Assembly: GCA_951406725.2 (NCBI GenBank)
Contig: OX597818.1
Span: forward strand, 118,606,001 to 118,670,000
DNA from: Octopus vulgaris
Taxonomy: Eukaryota
Reading direction: 5' to 3'
DNA: 64,000 bases
Every line of letters starts with the position of its first letter. Position 1 is the stretch's first letter. Shown piece after piece: positions 47,278 to 60,360 of this stretch. A program made the position numbers and the translations under genes. Under the pieces are notes generated by a model that was not told where the DNA came from, searched no databases, and saw nothing but the letters and a program-made list of their open reading frames with translations.

Positions 47278-48039
47278 AATCTAAACAGGAAAAAGAGAAG
47301 AATACACGCTTCCTTTAACTATACACCTCCAAGAACGCAAAATATAATTATATTTCTCAGAAACATAAAGAAGTAGGAATGATTAGCTGCTAGAATCATA
47401 ATTACAAGAAAGTAACCACTACACGAGTACTAAAACATTTAATGAACGATAAATGGAAAATAAAACAAAACAGAAGTGAATTATCTCTTTAGTGTAAGAC
47501 TTTTAAAAACAGCGGTGAACGTGAGATATAGAAATGACGTTCTCAATATTTTGCAATAGCACATATGATAAAAAATAATGACACTCAGCCAAGGTTCAAA
47601 AGGAAGCACAAATTTTAATGTTGATACCAATTCACATTTTTTATTTATTTCTTATCATCAGCTACCAAATGCGTAATAGCTAAACGGAATAGAAAATGAA
47701 GCGGTAGATTATGTACAGAATACATATGTATATATGTATGTAATTGGGCTTGTTTGTGTAAAATCTCCACCAACAGAACAAAATATTTTAGACATAATCC
47801 CACTTATCACCATCTCGAAAACATAGTTCGAACAGTGAGCTTAAAGCAAATATCCAATTATGATTATATTTTATATATTATTTCTTTGACAGCGGCTAGC
47901 CGGGACAGAGCCTTGGAGAATTTTAGTCGAGTCTCTAAATTTTAGGTGTCTAAACACACAAACAACGACCACCAGCAATGGTGGATGACAAACAGAATAA
48001 AAAAAAAAACTCATACACAAACAATAAAGCTTATATATT

Positions 48040-48150
48040 TGACGGGCTTCTTTCAGTTTCCGTCAACCAAATCCACTCACAATTCTTCGGTTGGCTCGAG
48101 GATATTGTAGAAGACGCTTGGCTAAGTGCCTGGCAGTGGGACTGAACCGA
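48040..48150 (-). mobile_element. SINE family 1, 5' fragment
   Basis: CTTTCAGTTTCCGTCAACCAAATCCACTCAC...GTGGGACTGAACC. Confidence 0.75.
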
Positions 48151-49382
48151 CGAATGCTAAATCGAAAATCATTTTAACAATATCTCAATTCCAATAAATA
48201 ACAACTTAACTCTAATCAGATTCTTTGTCTAAAATTTAAAAAAAGCAAATTGAAATAGAGATAACCATGCTTTGAGAAACAACACTCATCAGACTGACGA
48301 ATAAATTATGAAATCATACAGGCGCATGCGTAGAAATGGGACAACAAGGATATAATTTACTTCTTATGTTGTGAATCAGAGAAAGTGTTTTAGCGTAAAA
48401 CATGAGATTTCTTGAAACCTGTTTAATGTAGATGTAAATTTTAAAACATTTGCTCCTAATAAACATGCGCTGAATTGTTTTCCAAACTATATAACTGTAT
48501 TGAAACTAACTATTAAAATACTTCGTCTCACAAGCAGAAATATATATATATATACACATACATATATGTGGCGTCTCTGAATAATTTAACTCAATAATTT
48601 CGAGTTATAGTTATTTTTAACGCTTCTTTCTCTACAACATAATAAATTTTTTGTGCAATATTTTATCTCGTTGTTCGGCAATAAGGAGATGTGTATATAT
48701 CAATGAGGATGAATTGGCTGAACGTATGGTAATTATTTTAATGAACTCATCTCTTATTCCTTTAATCCAACTGTATTTCAAATTTGGTGTTGATACTCTC
48801 CCCATTAATTATAACACTTATGCAAAATTCAGTGTGCATAATATATCAAGAAGCAATATAATAATTTCGGACTGTAAAATAGTTGTAGGATATCATTTCA
48901 CATACTGCTACGTCAGTTCTTAATTTTCCTTTATAAGTCACCAAAGACCCGCAATAAAAAAAACAAATATATCATCACTACTCACCTACATATCACGTTT
49001 TTTCTTGGTAATCTATAAACCTCCGATACATATCCAACAAACATGATCATTAAACAATAAAAATTGACAATTTAGTGTATGAATGCTTAACTTATAACAG
49101 ACCAATTTATATTTAATTGGTATAAAGTATGATAGGCTAAATTCCACGAAAATGAGGACCGTTGATCTAATCCAACATCAGTGATTCATCAACATTTCGG
49201 ATATCTTCTTATCTAATGATATACCATATCATCTTTAAGAGAACTTCTAAATACCTTGTAATTATTATGCTTTTCATTGAAATCAGGAATGCAAGCTCCT
49301 ATTTCACCGGAATATGTCATGGGATATAATTTTCAATAATGATAGTGCATATGTACTTCGCTCTATCTAAATCTTTTCTCAC

Positions 49383-49559
49383 CTTGAGTTGGGCAATGAA
49401 TAGCAGTTCGCACATTACACCGTAAGACGGTGGAACACGCTTAAAACTCATTTCCTCCTCATGAATGACATATGAATTAATGCTGCTAATCATAACCACC
49501 TTTCAGACATCCACAATATTGGCAAGCAGTTTGTCAGAGATATTAAAATGTCCGTATGA
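49383..49559 (-). other. Candidate 177-bp exon with strong splice sites and one in-frame TGA
   Basis: Acceptor tttttgtatttttccag, donor AAG|gtgaga. Reads SYGHFNISDKLLANIVDV*KVVMISSINSYVIHEEEMSFKRVPPSYGVMCELLFIAQLK. Confidence 0.35.
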
Positions 49560-50003
49560 CTGGAAAAATACAAAAACGTGATTTTAATATTTATAGAATG
49601 ATTTATAGAGAGTTGACAACGAGGCAAAATGGTAAGTCGAGCAGATTATTTGAACATCATGGAGAGAAGGTAATACAGTAGCTGGACAATCTTGCCTTCT
49701 GTATAATATTTGGTCATGTATGAAATTAACACTGTGCGTAGGAAATATGTGCCAATATTACAAAGAAGAGGAAATTTGTTTGAAATTCATCTAAGCAGCA
49801 AAAATAATTACCTGTGGCATTAATATATTTGCAATGTCAGTCATAATATTGGTTTTATAGTGCTGGAGTGAAATCTAACTCACCTATTATCTCTAAAGCA
49901 TAAACATAGGTATTTTCTAAATCGGCATCACATGACGAATGTGAAATCTAGTAGCTACATACCGAAAGAGTGTGTTTAGAAAGTTTGAATTACGGACAGA
50001 ATA

Positions 50004-50238
50004 TTTATTTCTTTATCACCCACAAGGGGTTAAACACAGAGGGGACAAACAAGGACAGACAAACGGATTAAGTCGATTACATCGACTGCAGTGCGTAACT
50101 GGTACTTAATTTATCGACACCGAAAGGATGAAAGGCAAAGTCGACTTCGGCGGAATTTGAACTCAGAACCTAATGGCAGACAAACTACGGCTACGCATTT
50201 CGCCCAGCGTGCTAACGACTCTGCCTGCTCGCCACCTT
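50004..50238 (-). mobile_element. SINE family 2, full length
   Basis: Reverse complement of the 61718 head plus the tail CTTGTGGGTGATAAAGAAAT. Confidence 0.9.
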
Positions 50239-50860
50239 TTACTGACAGAATATTAATAAAGGATATTGATAAAGCAGATGTCTATATTATTCGCTGGATT
50301 TCTATCTCACAGTAATGACTTGCAAGTTCCTGTATTTTGATCACACGTTTAGTAGTATATTAAATACTGCCGGATTATACACGATTCTCCAAACTGTATA
50401 AGATATCGAACAGCAAAAAACAAAATGGTATATTTATCTAAATCAACTGGAATAGTTTACATACGCGTGTCATATGCGTTAACTCTCGGGAAACAACAAA
50501 ATAAAGACAACTAAGAAAAGAATGGGCATAAGTGTGTTCGCTTAGCCAACTAGAAAAAAATACCTCCTCGCTCTCTTCAAATCATATTCGAAATTCAAAT
50601 ACAGAAATACCAGTTTATATTTTATAGTCTATTGACTATTTTCTCTTTCTCACTTGACCGCTGGTAGCGGAGAATGTTTCTAGAATTTTTTGCTACCCTA
50701 AAATTTATTAATTAATGATTTTATGGCTAATTTTGAGATTAAATCGGCAGTTTATATTTACTACTGAGAAAACCACGCGAGTGTGATGGATTTTGAAAAT
50801 TTATAGCATATGGACTCGAGGCATGTTTCTTATCGCCTCGTGAACATATGGTAGTCCTTG

Positions 50861-50947
50861 GCTTTTCTGATGAAGAGGCAACGCCAGTGGTAAATATATT
50901 TATTTTATTTACAAAAGATTGCCGAAACTATGCATAGTCCAAAAAGG
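50861..50947 (+). ncRNA. Type I hammerhead-ribozyme-like motif
   Basis: CTTTT-CTGATGA-aga-GGCAA...TTGCC-GAAA-CTATGCATAG-TC-caaaaag. Stem III is the perfect 12-nt palindrome ACTATGCATAGT. GUC triplet. Stem I is weak. Confidence 0.55.
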
Positions 50948-51844
50948 AGAGGGTAAAGGTTTGTATTTCTCTTTCCATTTCAGAATTACAACTATTAGTG
51001 GTTTGGAGTTAGCTGCTCTTTCTAGTAAGTCGGATGTCTTATTATGGCCATCCCTTATATGTTTGAAATACCAGTATAGATAAGAAGTCAGGTATGCACT
51101 TCACAATACGTTACGGTCACGGCCGTATTGTCTACAATTGGAGGCCTGATTATCCGAGCTTGCTTTAAGCAATACAACACCAACAAGATAAACAGTAAAA
51201 ACCGATCCATAATCAACACGCCTTGAGTCTGTAAGAAATTATAGAATTATAACGACCACGCATCTTGCGTAGATAAATATATTTCATCTGAGTATGGTGA
51301 GAGGAACAACATTATTTGCAATATACCTAAAGGCATCGCTATTAGACATATTTAAAATATCTATAAATCCTCAAAATATTGATTACAAATATAGCCTGTC
51401 TAAGTGGTTGAATAATTCACCACATATTGTCAACATGCCAAACACAGGCTGCCAACAAAATTACTGGCTGAAAATATAACTTTATAGTTTTATAAACATC
51501 TTGCGACCTAATTCAAGATTTTATGGGAGTAATTGGAAATTAAATTCGTTATATTGTTAAATTTCAAAATTCAAATAACACAAATCCCACGATCAAAGTA
51601 AACGTAATAGGCGTGTCAGTAAATACAAATTCTGATTTCAGTGCAAGGTGAGCGGTTTTGATGAGAGAGGTTTGATTAATGTCATCAAGCAAGGACATGA
51701 GTGGCATTTCAAAGGAAAAAGGCGAGCTCGGCTCGATTTGATCTCAGAAGGCAAAGAGCTTGAAGAACTATCGTGGAGCTTCTTTTACAGCGCCATATGG
51801 TGTCTTCCAGTTTCTGTCATCATCATCACAAGTATAATGGCAAG

Positions 51845-51982
51845 GAGGAGGAGGAGAAGGAGGAGGAAGAAGAAGAAGAAGAAGAAGAAGAAGAAGAAGA
51901 AGAAGAAGAAGAAGAAGAAGAAGAAGAAGAAGAAGAAGAAGAAGAAGAAGAAGAAAAAAAAGAAGGAGAGGAAGAAAAAGAA
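51845..51982. repeat. (GAA)n microsatellite
   Basis: Seen directly in the sequence. Confidence 0.95.
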
Positions 51983-51999
51983 GACTGATAAAAATAATA

Positions 52000-52204
52000 A
52001 CCCTTTCTATTATAAGCCCGAGGCCTGAACTTTGGGAGAGGGGACCAGTCGATCAGATCAGCCCCTGTACTTGACGGGTACTTAATTTATCGGCCCCAAA
52101 ATGATGAAATGCAAAGTTAACTTCGGCAGAATTTGAACTCAGAATGTAACCACTGGAGGAATACTGCAAAGTATTTCATCCAGCGTGCTGACGATTTAGG
52201 CAGT

Positions 52205-52205
<1 letters not shown>
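52000..52205 (-). mobile_element. SINE family 2 (diverged)
   Basis: Same structure as the copy at 17594-17818. Confidence 0.75.
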
Positions 52206-52288
<83 letters not shown>

Positions 52289-52334
52289 GCGATGATGATG
52301 ATGACGATGATGATGACCATGATGATGCCGATGA

Positions 52335-54178
52335 TTGATACATCAATTAGTAAGCATTTTTTTCTTCATGATCTCCGACAACTATACCTGGTCTGTTGGC
52401 CTTAATTTCTGTATCAGTGTGTATCGGCATATCCCAGAGTATGGTTGCTTTCTCATTTTCTGTGACCTTTTCTGGTGTGTGTCTATACCATCTTTTTTCT
52501 GTTGTTATTCCATAATGTTGGCATAGCTTCCAGTGTATGTAGGTTCCAACTCTGTCATGTCTGTGAATATATTCCTTCTTAGCCAGGACTGGGCAGCCAG
52601 AGATAATATGATTTATTGTTTCTTGTCCATCTCTACATATTCTGCAGTTACTTGTTATATTTCTTTTCATTACATGTTTTTGGTAATTTCTGGTGGGGAG
52701 GCTTTGATCTTGTGCTGCAATTAAAAGTCCCTCTGTCTCTGCTTTGAGTCCTGAGCTTCTCAACCGTTACTGGGATTTTCTTTGTCTATTTCTTTTGCGT
52801 TTAGTTTAGTCCAGTATTTACCATGAAGGGGCTTTTCTTGCCATCGTTTTATCATGGTTCGTTGCTGTTCTATTTTTAGTTTGGATTTCATTTGTTTTAA
52901 AGCTTTTGTTGTTTCTTCTTCTTCTTCTTCTTCTTCTTCTTCTTTTCTTCTTCTTCTTCTTCTTCTTCTTCTTCTTCTTCTTCTTCTTCTTCTTCTTCTT
53001 CTTCTTCTTCTTCTTCTTCTTCTTCATCTTCTTCTTCTTCATATTTATTAGGTAGTATGATTTCTTGTTTGTATTTGTCAGCTTCCTTAAATACTGAGAA
53101 CAGTTTTTTGTTTTGCTCGTGTTTTGCCGCTATTTGGATCAGTTTTCCTTCCTTCTGAAGTAGATATTTTTGCAGTCCTATGGTGGTTATTTTATAGTAG
53201 TTTTCCAGCTGTATAAGGCCCCTACCACCTTCTATACGCTGTATATATAGTCTTTCTATGTCAGATTTTGGGTGATGCATCCTAGATCCTGTCATTATTT
53301 TTGTTGTTTTCCTATTTTGGACAGTTCATTTAGTGTCCAGTTAAGGATATTGTAGCGGTAACTTATAACTGGGACAGCTAAAGTGTTGATACCTATTATC
53401 TTGTTTTTAGCATTGAGCTCTGTTTTTAGTATTGACCTAACTCGTCTATAATATTCTTTTTTTATTTTCTCTTTCATTTGTGCGTGTTGTGTCTTATCTA
53501 GTTCATGGATTCCTAAGTATTTGTAAGTTTGGCTTTGCTCTAGTTCTTTTATTCCATTGGTTTTATCTAGTTTGATGTTGCTACTCTTAACTAGTTTTCC
53601 TCTTTTCAGGGTTAATTTCATATCTATTTCTTTAGTAAATCCATGAACTGTCTTTAATAGTGTTTCCAGCTGTTTGTCATTTGCAGCGTATAGTTTTAGG
53701 TCATCCAAGGTGGCTGATCGTTTTGCCGTAACATTTATATCCGCATCCAGTTGTATTTAGCATATCAGATAGAGGTGACAGTGCCAAGCAGAAAAGGAGT
53801 GGAGAGAGCGTGTCTCCCTGGAATATTCCTCTTCTAATGGGGATGGCTTTGGTTTTCATGAGTCCCTGTTTTGTTTGGAGCTGTAGCACTGTTTGCCATT
53901 TATTCATAGTGTCCTATGAATTTTATAATTGTTGGTGCTACTTTGTTAATGGCTAGTGTTTCGAGGATCCATGTGCGGGGGATGCTGTCAAACGCTTTTT
54001 GTAGTCGATCCAGGCCATACTAAGGCCTTTCTTCTTTCTGTGGCTGTCTTCAGTTACGGCTTTATTAATCATTAGTTGATCTTTACAGCCATATGAGCCT
54101 TTACGGCATCCTTCCTGCTCTTCTGGAAACAGGTTGTTTTCATCCAGGTGCTTGTTCAACCTTTGCGATATCACTGCA
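52335..54178 (-). mobile_element. R4/Dong family A copy (A3), truncated at both ends
   Basis: Reverse-complement match to A2. Small deletion at the YMDD motif, expanded (GAA)n, 3' end lost. Begins in the (AAT)n tail of B1. Confidence 0.92.
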
Positions 54179-54217
<39 letters not shown>

Positions 54218-54218
<1 letters not shown>

Positions 54219-57200
54219 TATGTTTGACTTTTGCTTTATATTTGTACAAGTTGGCTCCAAGTCTCACCCAGAGACCTCAAGAGACAACAGGGTTGGAAGT
54301 TCATGTTGTTGTTATGCCTAGTGTGCCATATATTTGGGGGGTGGGGATGTTGTACTAATGAATGTCTAAAAAAAAAAAAAAAAAAAAGGTTTTTTTTTTT
54401 TTTTTTTAAACCGAAAATTATGTTTGTTTTAAAACTTGAGATTACATAGAGAGTATTTTGCGTAGGATATGAGCAGTTCCCATGAGCACTATCTTTTGAA
54501 CTTCTGCCATTTTTGGGTTTCCTGGTATCTGAGTTAGGTAGCTATCAGCCCCTTTTGCTATCATTCCCAGGGCACCTATGACAACAGGTATTGTTTTAGT
54601 CTTCAGCTTCCACATTTTGCTGATTTCTATTTCAAGATCTTTATATTTGCTCAGTTTTTGGTAGGTCTTGACAGATACGTTTATATCGATTGGGACAGTC
54701 ATATCAATGAGGAGGCATGTTCTTTGTTTGAAGTCTTTCAATATGATGTCTGGCCTATTTGCATCTATCTTCCTGTCAGTTTGAATGGTGAAGTTCCAGA
54801 GGAGTGAGATGTGGTCATTTTCAAGCACTGGGGGTGGTTTGTGTTCCCACCAGTTTTTTTCATGGGGCAAATCCAGGTTTTTACAGATTACCCAGTGAAT
54901 ATATTGTGCAGCTCTATCGTGCCTGTTGAGATACTCTGTAGGCGCTAGAAGACTGCACTTGGAGACCACATGGTCAATGGTTTCATTTTGTTGCTTGCAT
55001 ACACGACACGTTGGACTGCTTCTGATCTTTAATATGTTGGCCTGGTAGTTTCTTGTTGGTAGGCATTGATCTTGAGCTGCTATGATAAACCCCTCTGTTT
55101 CAGATTTTAAGCCAGAGGCCATTAGCCATTGATGGGTCAGGGCTTTGTCGATATCTGCATTATTCGCTCTCTTTGGGTATTTGCCATAGAGAGGTTTTTC
55201 TTGCCATTTATTATTCAGAATATCTAAGGCCGCAGTTTTGGCACGGGTTTTCATGCGCCTAGCTTTTTCTGTGCTTGTTTCTTGTATATCTATCTCCGAA
55301 ATTGGTTGTATTCGGAATTCACTTAGATATTCCTTTGCCTGTTTTGTGACTGAGTATGATGCTTTCTTGTTTTCATGTTTTGAGACAAGTTTTAGCATCC
55401 AGTCCTCAGAGTTTTTCAGGTAGGTGTCTAGGCCAATTGTAGCAATCTTCATTGTTATTGCCAGTTGCAAAAGACCACGGCCTCCCTCTTTTCTTGGCAG
55501 ATAGAGTCGTTCTGTATCTGCCTTAGGGTGGTGCATTCTATGCATTGTCAACAGTTTCCTTATTTTTCTGTCGAGCTGACATATTTCAGTAATTGACCAG
55601 TTAACAATATTGAAACTGTAAGTCACGACTGGTATAGCTAATGCATTGATTGCTTCGATCCTGTTTCTTGCATTCAGCTCTGTCTTGAGTATTGCTCTCA
55701 CTCTTCGATAGCATTCTCTCCTGATCCTTTCCTTCATCTCTGAATGCCTTATTCCGTTCCTTTCAATTATCCCTAGGTACTTGTAGCTCTCCGCTGGGTC
55801 TAGTTCTTTTATGACATTCTGTTGGTCAAGGTTAACGTTAGGTGTTTCTGTCATTTTTCCTTTGATAAAGGTAGCCTTTGCACATTTATCGAGGCCGAAT
55901 TGCATTCTGATGTCGTCACTGAATTGTTTGACTATCGCTAGTAAGCCCTTGAGTTGTTGATCATTTTTTGCAAAAAGCTTTAAATCATCCATGTAAACGA
56001 GATGATTTATATTTTTATCAAACATTTTATACCCGTACTGCGCGTCATTGAGCAGCTTTGAGAGAGGTATTAAGGATAAACAAAAGAGGAGTGGTGACAG
56101 TGAGTCACCCTGGAAAATGCCACACGAAATTTTTACATCACCAGCATTTAGGAATTCACTGTCACTGTTCAGAGTTAGTGTGGTTCTCCATGATCTCATA
56201 CTTACAGTCAAGAAGTTTCGCAGAGTTGGTGCTATCTTATACATTTCAAGGCATTTCCTAATCCAGCTATGTGGTAGGCTATCAAAAGCCTTTTTATAGT
56301 CTATCCAGGCTATTGATAAGTTTTTGTGTCGTTTGTGACAATCTTCTAAGATCATCTTATTGATGAGTAGTTGGTCTTTACAGCCGTAGGATCCACGTTT
56401 ACATCCTTTCTGTTCATTAGGGAATATGCTGCTGTCTGTTAAAAAACTATAGGTATATTCCGTCAGGACAGATGTTAGTGTTTTGTACATAGTTGTTAAG
56501 CAAGTTATGGGTCTATAGTTTTTTGGTTCATTTGTTTCTTCACTTTTTGGAAGCAGGAATGTTAACCCATTAACTAGCCAAGGAGGCATCCTACTAGGGT
56601 GTTGCAAAACATCATTGTACAGTTCTGTTAGCAGTTCATGGCTCTCTGGGAAGGCATTCAGCCAGAAGTTAGGAATTTTATCCTTTCCTGGAGACTTCCA
56701 TTTGCTTGACCTCCTGAGAGCAGATCTTATATCTTCTACCTTGACACCCTCCCACTTTTGCTCTTCTAAGGGGTCCAGTTCTGTAGATATTCTGTCAATC
56801 CAGGGGCCTTTTCGTTGTGTGTTTTTTCTTCTGCCCAGATTTTATTCCAAAATCTCTGCACTTCTTCTTTTGATGGTACAGACCCTGCAGTAAACGCTGT
56901 TTTTCCTATCTTCCTGTAAAAATTCTTGGTGTTATTTTTGAACATGTTGTTGTCCTTGAAAAATCTAACACGCTTTTCATACCTCGCTATGCGGGCAGCT
57001 TTGGCAGATACCTTTTGTTTGATGGTTTCTATGGTGGCATCAATATCAAGTATAGTTTTCATATTGTATTTTTTCAGTAATTTTTGGGTTTTTGTAGGTT
57101 TGGTAATCTTGTGAGCCTTAAGGTTTTTCAAATATTCAATGTCAGATCTAAATATTTTAAGTTGTTGTTGCAGACGCTCTTGCCAAGAAGGCTTTTTGTG

Positions 57201-58253
57201 GGACTGTTGCCGTTTTCTAATCTTTACACCACATAGGATCGTTGAGATTTTCGCGGATGCATAGTATAGGTGGTTGAGGTTTGTGATATCAACATCATTA
57301 ACTGAAATTATATCCTTAAGTGCAAGCCGGATTTTACCAATTATTTTCATGTTTTGGTTAGAGTTGCGGATTTTAGGAAGTGTATCACGCTCATCCATGC
57401 TGGTTTCTTTAATTTTCAGCCATTCAATCATGATTTGATTTTTTAGCTCATGTAGTTCTGTTGGGTCAATATTTGTGTGACTTTCTTTATCTATTTGATG
57501 CTCATCTGTCTTAGTGTTTATGATTGGTTCAGGGCGTATTTCACTTTGCCTATCACTTATACTAACTCTTTCAATCCTCTCTTCGTTTTTATCCGCCCTG
57601 GGCTGGTCTATAATCATTTCCTCTGTATTATCTTCTCTAGCTGCAGCTTCGTTCATTTTATCCGATATTGCTTGTCTAACCTGATCAATCTCTACTTCAG
57701 TCAGTAATTTCTTTTTTATAATGTTTCTTCTAACATTGGCAAGCTTGTTACTGTCTATGTAGGGTCTTACTTCAGGGTGTTTCTGTCTCCAGTTTAAGTA
57801 TGCTTGTACAGTGCTAGACTTATCTGTGGGGAAATATATGGCATGGTAGAAGGCCTCAAGAACTTCTTTATTATCTTCCCTAGACCATTTTTCCTTCTTT
57901 TTCTTTTGATTATTTGGTGATGAGCATGGATGGCCATCTGTTGGAATATTCCGGTTGTGGGGTTCGTCCAGCTCCTGTGTGTTGGGAAGATTTGATCCAG
58001 TAACTGATTTTTCAATCAGGATTTGGTTCAATTTTCGGGTACGTGGTCTTTTGTAATCCGCGCAATGACCAATGCGGTTTATTGTTTGATTTGTTGACCT
58101 TGAAGCATGACGAGCATCCATTCTTATATTAGGAGATGGATCTGTCAGTTTAGGGTTCACTACGTGTAAGCATTGCTCATAGCGCCGCTTCTTAAGACTA
58201 GCAGATCTATATTCGTCTGTATTTTTTTTGTTGATAGTTTTATCTCCGGACAT
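54218..58253 (-). mobile_element. R4/Dong-clade retrotransposon family B, near intact (B1)
   Basis: Long single ORF, ~220-bp 3' UTR, (AAT)n tail. Confidence 0.95.
54442..58253 (-). CDS. RT-RLE polyprotein, ~1270 aa, with one 1-bp frameshift near 56805
   Basis: Starts MSGDKTIN. Motifs KWSREDN, KLANVRR, YRPITCL, GIFQGDSLSP, YMDDLKL, CRVCKQQNETIDHVVSKC, RHD, NRPDII, LIDMTVP, KLSKY. Adding one C to GCCCCTGG joins the 509-aa and 721-aa ORFs. Confidence 0.88.
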
Positions 58254-59158
58254 TTTTTTTTTTTTTTTTTCCTTTCCTCCTCTTCCTTTCTTCAAGGCTT
58301 ACTGTGTCTGTATTAGTTCGAAATAATGAGAATAAAATACGGAGAAGGAAACGAAAAGAAAGGGAAAAAGACGGGATCTGTCAGTTATTATTGTTATTAC
58401 TATCATCTTCACCACCATCACCATCATCAGCAACATCACCATCACCATCATCATCTTCAATGACATTGTTTTATGTGTAGCCACAGCCACCATCAACACT
58501 CCATTGTGTTGGAGAATGGGTGGTTAAAGAATTCATGTTCTTTGGGTCTATAAATAGCCACGGTAGATGGAGACAAAGGACGTTAATGGTCAGTAAAAGG
58601 TCAAACCTGTTTACGTTTATTTATTTATTTTTTTTTTTTTCCTTTCTCTTTTCTTCTTCACCACATGCATATGTATATGTATATATATGTATATTCACTC
58701 ACACATATTATCTGATGTTTTCGTCGAAGATTTTTTTTTCTTTTTTTAAATAACTTTCTGAGTTCAATGTTATGTATATATTTTTAAATTTCTGAATTCA
58801 GTTGTATGTATATAATAGTAGGTGCTTAATTCCATAACTTTTTATCGTGCATTTAATTGTGTTGTTACAATAAAAGGTAATTTAAAAGGCAATTTTACAC
58901 ATTCTTATAGTCATGAGAGACGACTAAATGTAAATGTTCACACAGAATTGGAGATATTTATGTTTCTAATTTTTCTTGTTAGGTGTACGTTTGTATGAGC
59001 TGTAGATATGTAAGTTTTTTTTACTTATTTTGAGGGTAATTCAAATTACTTACAGTAAACAGTAGATCTTCCAGTTTTCTACAGTTGACCTGCTGGGTTC
59101 GCTGTTGCCAGTTCAGAGCATCGTAAAAATACGTCCATCCTCTGTCACGTCCAGCCGC

Positions 59159-59222
<64 letters not shown>

Positions 59223-59240
59223 CATCATCATCATCATTAA

Positions 59241-59318
<78 letters not shown>

Positions 59319-59347
59319 CATTTATTATTATTATTATTATTATTATT

Positions 59348-60290
59348 CTATGTTTGACTTTTGCTTTATATTTGTACAAGTTGGCTCCAAGTCTCACCCA
59401 GAGACCTCAAGAGGCAACAGGGTTGGAAGTTCATGTTGTTGTTATGCCTAGTGTGCCATATATTTGGGGGGTGGGGATGTTGTACTAAAGAATGTCTGAA
59501 AAGAAGTTTTGTTTTTTTTAAATTTTTTTTTTTTAAACCGAAAATTATGTTTGTTTTAAAACTTGAGATTACATAGAGAGTATTTTGCGTAGGATATGAG
59601 CAGTTCCCATGAGCACTATCTTTTGAACTTCTGCCAATTTTTGGTTTCCTGGTATCTGAGTTAGGTAGCTATCAGCCCCTTTTGCTATCATTCCCAGGGC
59701 ACCTATGACAACAGGTATTGTTTTAGTCTTCAGCTTCCATATTTTGCTGATTTCTATTTCAAGATCTTTATATTTGCTCAGTTTTTGGTAGGTCTTGACA
59801 GATACGTTTATATCGATTGGGACAGTCATATCAATGAGGAGGCATGTTCTTTGTTTGAAGTCTTTCAATATGATGTCTGGCCTATTTGCATCTATCTTCC
59901 TGTCAGTTTGAATGGTGAAGTTCCAGAGGAGTGAGATGTGGTCATTTTCAAGCACTGGGGGTGGTTTGTGTTCCCACCAGTTTTTTTCATGGGGCAAATC
60001 CAGGTTTTTACAGATTACCCAGTGGGTTTTTTTCATGGGGCAAATCCAGGTTTTTCCAGATTACCCAGTGTTATAATTGTTGGTGCTACTTTGTTAATGG
60101 CTAGTGTTTCGAGGATCCATGTGCGGGGGATGCTGTCAAACGCTTTTTGTAGTCGATCCAGGCCATACTGAGGCCTTTCTTCTTTCTGTGGCTGTCTTCA
60201 GTTATGGCTTTATTAATCATTAGTTGATCTTTACAGCCATATGAGCCTTTGCGGCATCCTTTCTGCTCTTCTGGAAACAGGTTGTTTTCG

Positions 60291-60292
<2 letters not shown>
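59348..60292 (-). mobile_element. Chimeric R4/Dong insertion (family A fragment plus family B 3' end) between (ATT)n tracts
   Basis: 59348-60024 matches 54218-54897. 60025-60070 is a 46-bp duplication. 60071-60292 matches 53923-54144. Confidence 0.9.
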
Positions 60293-60360
<68 letters not shown>

